From an uncultured Candidatus Melainabacteria bacterium (lineage in GTDB: Bacteria; Cyanobacteriota; Vampirovibrionia; Gastranaerophilales; Gastranaerophilaceae), in assembly GCA_949902595.1 (NCBI GenBank), contig CATLDC010000007.1, forward strand, positions 29,496 to 93,495: DNA of 64,000 nucleotides, in the 5' to 3' direction. The number at the start of each line of letters is the position of its first letter. Positions within the stretch are counted from its first letter, which is position 1. The position numbers and the translations under genes were made by a program. Positions 27,317 through 35,112 of the stretch are shown here, piece by piece. The notes beneath the pieces were generated by a model, which worked only from the letters and a program-made list of their open reading frames with translations, did no database searches and was not told where the DNA came from.

Positions 27317-27756
27317 TACTCACCTCCGCGTAAAAATTTATCCACAGATAATAAGATATCTGTATCGACATTTTTGTTTTCCTGTAAATCTTCTTCCAGG
27401 TGTTCGGCAATTTCCCGTGCCTCAAAGTTTTTGAGTTTAGGGAGTTTGTCAATCATTTTGGAGATAAAGTTCATTGTTGAACGTTCCGGAATCTCACCGG
27501 TCTCATGGAACTCTTCAATAGCTTTTGCAGTAACTTTGTTCAAAAGTTCATATAAGCCTGTATAGCAGGCATATTGTGAGCCGAGAAACTTTCGGCGTTT
27601 CTCGTCCCAGTTACCTTCTTTTTTCCAGTCGCCGAGGGTTTTGTTGGTTATGTTGAGCGATTTTGCAATCGCAGATACAGGCTTTTGCTCCTCAACATAC
27701 ATCTTCTCGGCAAGGCAGTAGTATTGTTCCTTTTTGCCCATGCTAGCGTTCCCCAA
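27316..27756 (-). CDS. Putative terminase small subunit (DUF1804-like HTH)
   Basis: AEKMYVEEQKPVSAIAKSLNITNKTLGDWKKEGNWDEKR; stop abuts the TerL start. Confidence 0.75.
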   Translation of the reverse strand: MGNASMGKKEQYYCLAEKMYVEEQKPVSAIAKSLNITNKTLGDWKKEGNWDEKRRKFLGSQYACYTGLYELLNKVTAKAIEEFHETGEIPERSTMNFISKMIDKLPKLKNFEAREIAEHLEEDLQENKNVDTDILLSVDKFLRGGE

Positions 27757-28045
27757 GTTCTTTTTTTAGCGTATTAATACGCTTTTGAAGCTCAATTAAT
27801 TTTGTTTTAACGAGCAATAGCTCATCTCCACATTGTTCGATTTTTTCCGCTTCCAGCTCATCAGGGGAAGCAAAATACGGGGAAGCATAGCCTTGAAGTT
27901 CAGTGATAAGGCGCATTGCTTTGAGTTCGCACTCCCGATACTCCTTCTTTGCGCTCTGGAGGTCTATTTGCATTTGCATAATTAACGGATTCATCTTTTG
28001 CAACCTTTCTATATGTTCTCCTTGCCCTTTCTCATATACGGGCAC
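27743..28045 (-). CDS. Phage coiled-coil hypothetical protein
   Basis: 100 aa, overlaps neighbours on both sides. Confidence 0.6.
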   Translation of the reverse strand: MPVYEKGQGEHIERLQKMNPLIMQMQIDLQSAKKEYRECELKAMRLITELQGYASPYFASPDELEAEKIEQCGDELLLVKTKLIELQKRINTLKKELGER

Positions 28046-28254
28046 CAGAGGTTGTTAGTAATTTCTGTGTCGATTTTTTGCAGATAACTCATTTGGAGCG
28101 TATTTTGTTCAATCATTGTTGATAGTAGCTTGAAGGTTTGGCCAATAATCTCGTTCATCTGTTTTGTTGTGGACTGATGATACAGATAAAAAATCAGAAA
28201 TGTCACTCCACTTGAACCTGCAAGTTTTAAAAATTCAATAATTCCATCCGGCAT
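28009..28254 (-). CDS. Small membrane protein, holin-like (BhlA/XhlA type)
   Basis: One N-terminal TM segment (GVTFLIFYLYH) followed by a coiled segment; GAGG RBS. Confidence 0.5.
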   Translation of the reverse strand: MPDGIIEFLKLAGSSGVTFLIFYLYHQSTTKQMNEIIGQTFKLLSTMIEQNTLQMSYLQKIDTEITNNLWCPYMRKGKENI

Positions 28255-28272
28255 AGTTTAACCTCTTTTGTC

Positions 28273-28380
28273 TTTTACAATAGGCGGAGTAGTTGAGATT
28301 GGAGCCTCCAAGCTACATTTACCCACTTTTTCAACAGACGGAGCAGTTTTGACGAAGGTGCTCCCAACGGCATTTACTCC
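28273..28380 (-). repeat. Interspersed repeat locus 4: two divergent tandem A units
   Basis: Minus strand GGAGTAAATGCCGTTGGGAGCACC...ACTGCTCCGTCTGTTGAAAA then GGGTAAATGTAGCTTGGAGGCTCCAATCTCAACTACTCCGCCTATTGTAAAA. Confidence 0.85.
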
Positions 28381-28399
28381 ATCACCTTGTTTACAATCT

Positions 28400-28422
28400 G
28401 TCGGGAAGCTACGCTTCCCGAC
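28400..28422. terminator. Perfect 10-bp GC-rich hairpin in the divergent late intergenic region
   Basis: GTCGGGAAGC-TAC-GCTTCCCGAC. Confidence 0.45.
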
Positions 28423-28578
28423 ATTCTTATATTGATTCTCTTTGCTTGCGTTTTCCAATCACAAATAGTCGGAATTGCGCAGACAACAGGTGTTTTACGC
28501 AAAAATATACTCAAAAATTAGAACCCGTCCGGGAAGCTTGTTATAGTCAGAGTGTCAAGGCGGGATGAAGCAAGCCGG

Positions 28579-28687
28579 AAGGGGTAAATCAGGCTTTACC
28601 ACCGACTTCACAACCGGTATGTAAAACTACAGGCTTGGAAGTGAAGTGTAAAAGGTTTCAAGTCTATCTACTCCACCTATTGTAAAA
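28579..28687 (+). repeat. Interspersed repeat locus 5: A unit with nested B module, ending at the protease RBS
   Basis: AAGGGGTAAATCAGGCTTTACCACCGACTTCACAACCGGTATGTAAAACTACAGGCTTGGAAGTGAAGTGTAAAAGG...CTACTCCACCTATTGTAAAA followed by GGAGG. Confidence 0.9.
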
Positions 28688-28698
28688 GGAGGCAAAAA

Positions 28699-29781
28699 AT
28701 GAAGTGGTGCGAAATATTCAGGACCGGAAAACATACAGATTCTAAAGGCAATAGCCGAGAATGGACAGAGGCTGATTTGCAGCAAATCTGTAATAATTTT
28801 GAATCTAAAAACTCTGATGTACCTATCTGTGTCGGACACCCTAAAACAAACAGCCCTGCTTACGGCTGGATTGAGAGCTTGAAATCTGTTGGCGGAAAAT
28901 TATACGCATCGTTTAAGGATGTACAGCCGGAGTTTCAGGAAGCCGTAAATAAAGGATTGTTCAAGACCCGCTCTATCAGCCTTACTAGAGATTTAGTACC
29001 GCGCCATATTGCTTTTTTAGGCGCACAAGCACCGGCTATTAAAGGGATGGAGCAGTTTTGTTTTGCAGATTGCGAGCCGGATGCTAATGACATCATAATT
29101 AATTTTTCCGAAAGCAAAAATGATAATGATAATGCTGATGAGTCTGCTTTGGCAGACCCCGCAGGGGCAGCGGGAATTTCTGCCCCCCTCGAAAGAGGAG
29201 GAGTTAGCGTTGAGAAAAGTGATGAAATAGGAAGCAGCACCAATATGGGGGGGAAATCAGGTTCGGAGGCTGGAAGTCCATCTACTCCGCATGTTGTAAA
29301 ACTTTCCGCGGCTTCGCCTATAGAAAAAGAAGGAGACGAAATGGACGCAGAATTAAAAAGACAGCTCGCTGCAAAAGATGAAGAGCTTGCAGCAGCTAAG
29401 AAAGAGCTCGAAAAGGTAAGGCAGGAAGCCTTAAAGAAAGAGTTTGAGGAGTTTTGTGACAATGCTATTGAGTCTGGTAATATTTTACCTGCGCATCGTG
29501 ACAATGTTTTAAACCTTTTGTTTGCAAATACCGACACTAATATCAATTTTGATGACGGCAGCTCAAAAAGCTCTAATGAAGTGCTTAAGGAATTTGTCAA
29601 AAGCCTTAGGCAAATGGACTTTCAAAAAATTAGTAATGAAAAAGACGCTCTTTCAGATAAAGAAATTAATTTTTCTGATGCTGAAGAAGTCAAAGAAAGT
29701 ATTCAGGCTTTGCAGAAAGAGTATGAAGACAAAGGTATAGGGCTCAATCCTGCACAGGCGCTTGAAAAATTGAAGGGTTGA
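28699..29781 (+). CDS. Capsid maturation protease/scaffold (Mu gpI-like)
   Basis: EIFRTGKH, VPICVGHP, PAYGWI, KTRSISL, RHIAFLGAQAPAIKGM. Confidence 0.88.
   Translation: MKWCEIFRTGKHTDSKGNSREWTEADLQQICNNFESKNSDVPICVGHPKTNSPAYGWIESLKSVGGKLYASFKDVQPEFQEAVNKGLFKTRSISLTRDLVPRHIAFLGAQAPAIKGMEQFCFADCEPDANDIIINFSESKNDNDNADESALADPAGAAGISAPLERGGVSVEKSDEIGSSTNMGGKSGSEAGSPSTPHVVKLSAASPIEKEGDEMDAELKRQLAAKDEELAAAKKELEKVRQEALKKEFEEFCDNAIESGNILPAHRDNVLNLLFANTDTNINFDDGSSKSSNEVLKEFVKSLRQMDFQKISNEKDALSDKEINFSDAEEVKESIQALQKEYEDKGIGLNPAQALEKLKG
29247..29301 (+). repeat. Interspersed repeat locus 6: A unit in frame in the protease linker
   Basis: GGGGGGGAAATCAGGTTCGGAGGCTGGAAGTCCATCTACTCCGCATGTTGTAAAA, encoding GGKSGSEAGSPSTPHVVK. 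Confidence 0.88.
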
Positions 29782-29816
29782 AAATGTTTAATACTAAAAA
29801 CAGAAAGGTATAAATA

Positions 29817-30197
29817 ATGATTAAAAGTTATCAAGCAGCAGCGGATATAGCCGCTTACAGATTTGTAAAGTTCACAGACGGCGGAATTGCGCCGGCTTCC
29901 GCGGGTACAGATAATATTATCGGCGTATCCGAAGAGGTTAAGAATACAGCCGGATATACGACAGACGTATATATTGCAGGTTCTTTTGCAGAAGTCGAAG
30001 CCGGTGGCGCTTTTTCTGCCGGTGATGCGTTGACCTCTGATGCAGACGGCAAGGCAGTTAAAGCAACTAATACGGACAATGTCGGTGCAATTGCAATGAT
30101 GGCCGCAAACGCCACAGGCGATATCGTGCAGGTTGTAGTTCAGTTGCAGAGAGTAATCGCAACTACAACACCGGCTAAAAATCCGGAAGAGGAGTAA
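29817..30197 (+). CDS. Capsid cement/decoration protein (DUF2190-like)
   Basis: AAADIAAYRFVK, VEAGGAFSAGDALTSDADGKAV, ANATGDIVQV. Confidence 0.8.
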   Translation: MIKSYQAAADIAAYRFVKFTDGGIAPASAGTDNIIGVSEEVKNTAGYTTDVYIAGSFAEVEAGGAFSAGDALTSDADGKAVKATNTDNVGAIAMMAANATGDIVQVVVQLQRVIATTTPAKNPEEE

Positions 30198-30271
30198 ATG
30201 AGGCTTGTAGTTGGAATACAGTAGTTGAATAGTGAATAAATTGAACTTTTCAACTATTCAACTACTCAACT
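30191..30271 (+). repeat. Interspersed repeat locus 7: degenerate A unit with a different inserted hairpin
   Basis: GGAGTAAATGAGGCTTGTAG...TAGTTGAATAG/CTATTCAACTA...CAACTACTC; supplies the stop of the cement gene. Confidence 0.6.
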
Positions 30272-30291
30272 AAATAAAGAAAGGACAAAAA

Positions 30292-31218
30292 ATGCCAAGA
30301 GAAGAACAATTTGAGTTGCAGCCGGAGTTAACCGGAGTTGCACTCGCTTATAGGAACAAAAATTTGATAGCAGACGAAATTTTCCCGACAGTTCCGGTTG
30401 ACCAGAAATCATTCCAGTACAATTTTTATAACAAAGAATCATTCCTGACCGTACCGGAAACCGAAATCGGCGAAAAAGGCTCAGCTAATGAAGCACAGCT
30501 AAAATGCAAGTTATTAACAGAAACCTGCAAAGACTATGCTTTGAAAGAGCGCATTCCAGTACAAAGACAGCAAGAAGCACAGGCAAAAGGAAAAAATATT
30601 GCAGCTGATACAATTATGCATCTCACCGACCTTATGAAATTATCAAGAGAAGTCAGAATTGCAAAAGCGCTGTCTAATAAGACTGTTTACGGCTCCAACT
30701 GCAAAGAGCTTACAGCTTCTGAAAAATTCTTAAATGATGATTACAATGCGTTTAAGGCTATAACTTCTGCAATGGATAAGGTGTTGTTCAGACCTAACGT
30801 TCTTATTACAAGCCGCGCAGGGTTTTCTGCATTAAGCCAGAATCCGTATGTAGTAAGTGCTGTAAACTCTGTTGATGTAAAAGCCGGTGTTGCTTCTGCC
30901 GAAGGTATAAAAAGAACTCTGGGGCTGGACAAGATTCTGGTCGGCGAGGGTATTGTTAATACTGCTGCAAAAGGACAAGCAGCTTCATTCAATTCTTGCT
31001 GGGGCAATGATGTAATCCTTATGCACATCAACCCGATTGCGACAACAGATTACGGTGTAACATTCGGCTACAGGGCAACTCTTGACGATTATACAGTCGG
31101 AAGCTACTTTGACCCTGATGCAGGCACAAAGGGCTGTGATGTTTACAGAATCTTTACAACATATCTTGACCTTATGACCTGCCCTGAATGCGGGTATTTG
31201 TTGAAGGGTGTTGCTTAA
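30292..31218 (+). CDS. Major capsid protein
   Basis: PELTGVALAYRNKNLIADEIFPTVPV, WGNDVILMH, TFGY; follows the protease and cement genes. Confidence 0.85.
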   Translation: MPREEQFELQPELTGVALAYRNKNLIADEIFPTVPVDQKSFQYNFYNKESFLTVPETEIGEKGSANEAQLKCKLLTETCKDYALKERIPVQRQQEAQAKGKNIAADTIMHLTDLMKLSREVRIAKALSNKTVYGSNCKELTASEKFLNDDYNAFKAITSAMDKVLFRPNVLITSRAGFSALSQNPYVVSAVNSVDVKAGVASAEGIKRTLGLDKILVGEGIVNTAAKGQAASFNSCWGNDVILMHINPIATTDYGVTFGYRATLDDYTVGSYFDPDAGTKGCDVYRIFTTYLDLMTCPECGYLLKGVA

Positions 31219-31236
31219 ACAGCATAAGCTCGTGTG

Positions 31237-31296
31237 TTTTACAACCAACTTCCCAACTGGGAGGTAAAACTACAGACCTGGAAGTGAAGTGTAAAA
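31237..31296 (+). repeat. Interspersed repeat locus 8: B module after the capsid stop
   Basis: TTTTACAACCAACTTCCCAACTGGGAGGTAAAACTACAGACCTGGAAGTGAAGTGTAAAA. Confidence 0.88.
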
Positions 31297-31409
31297 CAGC
31301 AGTCACTAAGAAAAGTTTGATTGTGTTGGATTTTCAGTGGGGGGCGTTCTTAATTCCCTTAAGTTCTAAAGCTCTAAGCCCCCCCATTTTTTTAAACAGA
31401 AAGGTAAAT

Positions 31410-31862
31410 ATGTATTGTAAGTTAGCAGATTTAGTCTCAATAATCCCGGAAAGAGAGCTTATCAATCTTACAAACGATAAGCCAGCGGATACTATTAATC
31501 AAGAAACCATAAACACCTGTATGAGTTTTGCTGATGAGCTTATAAACGCGTCATTGAGAAACAAATACAGACTTCCGCTTTCTTTTGCTCCAGATTTAGT
31601 ACGACAGCTTTCTGCTGATATTACGGCTTATAGAGTGTATTCCAGACGTCCTAAGGATGTCCCGGAACACATCAAACAGAATTACGAGTTTGCGCTCAAG
31701 ATTCTTGCAAATATCCAAAAAGGTACAACTGTGCTTGACCTGCCGTCTGAACATCCGGATGAAGAGGGTGTTCAGAGCTCTTCCAGTATGTATATAACAA
31801 ACAAACGTCCGGAAGATAGAAGATTTACAGATGAAATGTTCAGGAGCCACTATGCTGGATAA
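31410..31862 (+). CDS. Head-tail adaptor (Mu gp36/DUF1320)
   Basis: MYCKLADL, ADELINASLRNKYRLPL, IKQNYEFALKILANIQKG; AAGGT RBS. Confidence 0.85.
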   Translation: MYCKLADLVSIIPERELINLTNDKPADTINQETINTCMSFADELINASLRNKYRLPLSFAPDLVRQLSADITAYRVYSRRPKDVPEHIKQNYEFALKILANIQKGTTVLDLPSEHPDEEGVQSSSSMYITNKRPEDRRFTDEMFRSHYAG

Positions 31863-32292
31863 TATCGAAAAAGAATTAATAAAAAATATTGAAGCTATCT
31901 ACCCGAACTTTGATGTAACGAGTTTCCCTCTTGATTTTGAGAGATACGATTTTACGAGTCACGACGGATGTGCGCTTGTAAAATATCAGGGCAGTACATT
32001 CTCTGAACAGAATACAGTCTGGGAAGTTTCCCAAGATGAGACTTATGAATATAAAATTCTTCTTGGGTTGAGATATTTGCGTTCGTTCAAGGATGCAAAC
32101 CCTGTAATCAGTAATCTCAAAAAAATTCTCCAGGGACTTTTAATTGTGAATCACAAGGTAACGCTTAAGATGATTAAGTTTGAAGGGGTTGATAACGGTG
32201 ATTTGTGGTTTTCAATAACAATAAATTTGAAGTTAGTAATGCGCAGCACAGCGCAAAGTTATGAAGGGAGTGCCAATGCAATACCAGTATAA
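31852..32292 (+). CDS. Mu gp37-like neck/tail terminator protein
   Basis: Position after gp36; ALVKYQGSTFS; GGAG RBS. Confidence 0.65.
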   Translation: MLDNIEKELIKNIEAIYPNFDVTSFPLDFERYDFTSHDGCALVKYQGSTFSEQNTVWEVSQDETYEYKILLGLRYLRSFKDANPVISNLKKILQGLLIVNHKVTLKMIKFEGVDNGDLWFSITINLKLVMRSTAQSYEGSANAIPV

Positions 32293-32476
32293 AGGTCCGT
32301 TCTCTATCGAGGATGGCGAGAAGCCAGATACCTATCAACAATGGTTTAACGCAAAAATCTATGATGAAAAAGAAATTGTTGTTTCTTCAAAAAGGTTGAA
32401 AACATTGATTAATCTGGGGTATTTGAAGCCGATTGAGAATAAAAATACTATAGTGAAAGGCAGGGTGCAAAAATGA
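32276..32476 (+). CDS. Small phage protein preceding the sheath
   Basis: GGGAG RBS; ends LINLGYLKP-like, as seen in small pre-sheath proteins; overlaps the sheath start. Confidence 0.5.
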   Translation: MQYQYKGPFSIEDGEKPDTYQQWFNAKIYDEKEIVVSSKRLKTLINLGYLKPIENKNTIVKGRVQK

Positions 32477-33906
32477 CAGATTATTTACACGGTGTAGAGA
32501 CAAAACGCGAGGAGCAGCCAGCTTCCATACAGGACGCCACAACTTCTATTAACGCAATGGTTGTCTCTGTACCAACATTTTTACTTAAAGAAGAGTATCA
32601 GACTCTTAATAAACCCGTTCCAATCCGTGGTTATAGCGATATTACAAAATATGCCGGCAAAAATGTGGCAGGATTCACCGGGTATGATTCTTTGTATACA
32701 GCTATGACAGAATCAGAAGGCGCAATCATTTATATGATAAATGTCTTTGACAAAGATAAGCATAAAACATCCAAAACCATCGATACTGCTCATCTTACGG
32801 CTGGTAAATACACTATTGAAGAGCTAGGCGTTACAAATCTTGTTGTAGGAGACGGGGTTTTGGATACAGACTATACCTTTGAAGACGGTGTTATCACCGT
32901 CATCAAAGATGGCAAATTTAAAGATGCTGCGTCGGTAACAATAACCTACGATTACGCAGATATCACAAAATTGACTACAGCCGACTTTATTGGTACAATA
33001 GACGAAGATAATATAAAAACAGGGTTGCAAGCAGTATATGATATTCAGGCGCTTTATGGCGATGAAATATCTATACTTACAGTTCCGACTTATTCAGCAC
33101 TTAAGGCTGTACGCTCAGCTATGGAATCAATTGAGAGTAAGCTTAAGCTCCAGTCATATTATGACTGTCCGGTCGGAACATCTATCAATGCAGCAATTCA
33201 AGGTAGGCAGGGGGGAAATGGGACTGTTGACGCTTCAGTTGATTTGACTTCATCATCTGAAAACGGTATGTTCTGTTTTCCGTATGTTTACAGATATAAC
33301 GCAGAAACGGATAAAGACGAACTCAGACCGCCTTCTCCTGCCGTAGCAGGTATGAGGGTTCGGCTTGACAGAGAAAGAAATGTTGCAAAATCTATTGATA
33401 ACACGAAATCTCTGACAACAAACGGCACCGAGTTCCCGATAGGGTTCAGGCTTAATGACCCGACTTCTGAAAGCAATGCGCTCAATGCCAAAGGTATTTC
33501 AACTTTTATTAATTATAAGGGAAGCTACTATTTCTGGGGAGGACGCAACGCTAAATTCCCGACTGTGGATAATATTGAGACTTTTGAAAATGTTCAACGA
33601 ACTGCTTCATATATTGAACGTTCTATTCAAAATTCTTCATTCCAATGTGTGGGTGAAACTATCACTCAGGGGTTTATTGATGATGTTTTAAATATGATTG
33701 AAAGCTTCTTTAATAGACTAAAAAATCCACAGAATCAGATTATTATAGATGGGAATGTAATATATGACCCGTCACAGAATCCGGCAGAAGAACTTGCAAA
33801 GGGACATATAAGGTTTTCTTATAAATTCTGTCCTCCGCCTCCGGTTGAAAGGCTGACGTACTACTCGTTTATTGATATTCAGTTGTTGAATAGTCTCGGG
33901 GGGTAA
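32473..33906 (+). CDS. Contractile tail sheath protein
   Basis: YLHGVET, TGLQA, PPSPAVAG, LNAKGISTFI, YFWGGRN, YKFCPPPPVERLT. Confidence 0.9.
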   Translation: MTDYLHGVETKREEQPASIQDATTSINAMVVSVPTFLLKEEYQTLNKPVPIRGYSDITKYAGKNVAGFTGYDSLYTAMTESEGAIIYMINVFDKDKHKTSKTIDTAHLTAGKYTIEELGVTNLVVGDGVLDTDYTFEDGVITVIKDGKFKDAASVTITYDYADITKLTTADFIGTIDEDNIKTGLQAVYDIQALYGDEISILTVPTYSALKAVRSAMESIESKLKLQSYYDCPVGTSINAAIQGRQGGNGTVDASVDLTSSSENGMFCFPYVYRYNAETDKDELRPPSPAVAGMRVRLDRERNVAKSIDNTKSLTTNGTEFPIGFRLNDPTSESNALNAKGISTFINYKGSYYFWGGRNAKFPTVDNIETFENVQRTASYIERSIQNSSFQCVGETITQGFIDDVLNMIESFFNRLKNPQNQIIIDGNVIYDPSQNPAEELAKGHIRFSYKFCPPPPVERLTYYSFIDIQLLNSLGG

Positions 33907-34027
33907 ATCAGGTTTGGAGGCTGGATGTCCAACTACTCCGCCTGTTGTAAAAGTGGGGTAAATCAGGTTTTACAACCGACTTCCTAACTAATAGGTAAAC
34001 CTATAAATTTGGAAGTGAAATGTAAAA
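33898..34027 (+). repeat. Interspersed repeat locus 9: A unit followed by A-start plus B module; supplies the sheath stop
   Basis: GGGGGGTAAATCAGGTTTGGAGGCTGGATGTCCAACTACTCCGCCTGTTGTAAAAGTGGGGTAAATCAGGTTTTACAACCGACTTCC...TTGGAAGTGAAATGTAAAA. Confidence 0.92.
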
Positions 34028-34044
34028 AAAGAAAGGTTATAACA

Positions 34045-34560
34045 ATGACTACAGTAATTACAGATGGAACACTATACTTAGGCAGAAACTTATTCGGTAC
34101 TGTTACAAACATCAAAGCGCCGGAGATTGAGCCTAACACATTAGAAATAAAGACCCTCGGGTCTGTCGGGACTTACTCGCTCTCTATGACTTCAGTTAAG
34201 GAGCTTAAGAGTTCAGCAACTCTTACAGGGTATGATATGAAGGTTTTTAAGCAGATTGCAGACCCGACAAAAGAACTCACTATGACTATTTATGCGGAAA
34301 TCAAGGAATATGACGGCGCGGCTTTGACCTCTCAAAAATCTCTGAAGATAAAAATGCGTGGCACATGTTCAAAATTTCAACTTCTCGGGGAGATGAAGGC
34401 GCAAGAAAATATAGAATTCCCGATGGAGTTCAATAATACTGCGGTAAAGAAAACTGTTGACGGCAAAGATATCTATGAAATTGATATTCCGAACTATATC
34501 TATAAAGTCAATGGAGTAGATTTGCTCGCAAAGACCAAGAAAAATTTAGGGTTAGCATAA
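34045..34560 (+). CDS. Tail tube protein (P2 FII-like)
   Basis: Follows the sheath; C-terminal IYEIDIPNYIYKVNGVDLLAKTKKNLGL. Confidence 0.85.
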   Translation: MTTVITDGTLYLGRNLFGTVTNIKAPEIEPNTLEIKTLGSVGTYSLSMTSVKELKSSATLTGYDMKVFKQIADPTKELTMTIYAEIKEYDGAALTSQKSLKIKMRGTCSKFQLLGEMKAQENIEFPMEFNNTAVKKTVDGKDIYEIDIPNYIYKVNGVDLLAKTKKNLGLA

Positions 34561-34581
34561 GGTAATGGAAAGGAATTAAAA

Positions 34582-34992
34582 ATGGAAAATACAAACAATT
34601 TAACATCTTTTACATCAGGCGGAGACGGATTGCCATCAAGTTTAACTCCACCTTTTGCTCCGTTATTTGATACGGATAACGCAATTACAAAGCTTGACGA
34701 ATACAAAGAAGTAAGACTCGAAAAGAAATCTGATATCGTTGAATTTACACTTCCATCCGGCAAAAAAGTTGAGATGGATTTGTCTAGGTTCAAAATCAGA
34801 ACGATTATGAACGCAAGAGCCTGTGCTCAAGGCGGATTCAAGACCACTCTTTACATACTTGCAGATATCTGTAAATTTAACGGACAGACTGTTACAGTAC
34901 CGGAAATGGACGAATGGGACGGTTACGACCTTTTGGCTCTTGAAGAGGAATGGGATAAAGCTCGTAATAATATCCCAAAGCACCAAGTATAG
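34582..34992 (+). CDS. Tail assembly chaperone (short form); -1 frameshift extends it to 35123
   Basis: Between tube and tape measure; C CCA AAG slippery site at 34974-34980; -1 frame reads SIADVVFFAHFTGWSKAEIYDMSFDEY. Confidence 0.8.
   Translation: MENTNNLTSFTSGGDGLPSSLTPPFAPLFDTDNAITKLDEYKEVRLEKKSDIVEFTLPSGKKVEMDLSRFKIRTIMNARACAQGGFKTTLYILADICKFNGQTVTVPEMDEWDGYDLLALEEEWDKARNNIPKHQV
34608..34656 (-). repeat. Interspersed repeat locus 10: variant A unit, antisense and in frame in the chaperone
   Basis: Minus strand GGTGGAG...AATCCGTCTCCGCCTGATGTAAAA; shares AATCCGTCTCCGC with locus 12. Confidence 0.7.
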
Positions 34993-35112
34993 CTGATGTT
35001 GTATTCTTTGCCCATTTCACCGGCTGGAGCAAGGCAGAAATCTACGATATGAGCTTTGATGAGTATAACGCCCTCCAGGACGGAATGTTGGAAATTATAA
35101 GAGAACTCAAAG

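Noticed and set aside
28258-28458. 66-aa ORF in the divergent late region
   Set aside because: TTG start without a clear RBS, and it consists mostly of two repeat units and a hairpin; probably an open frame by-product.
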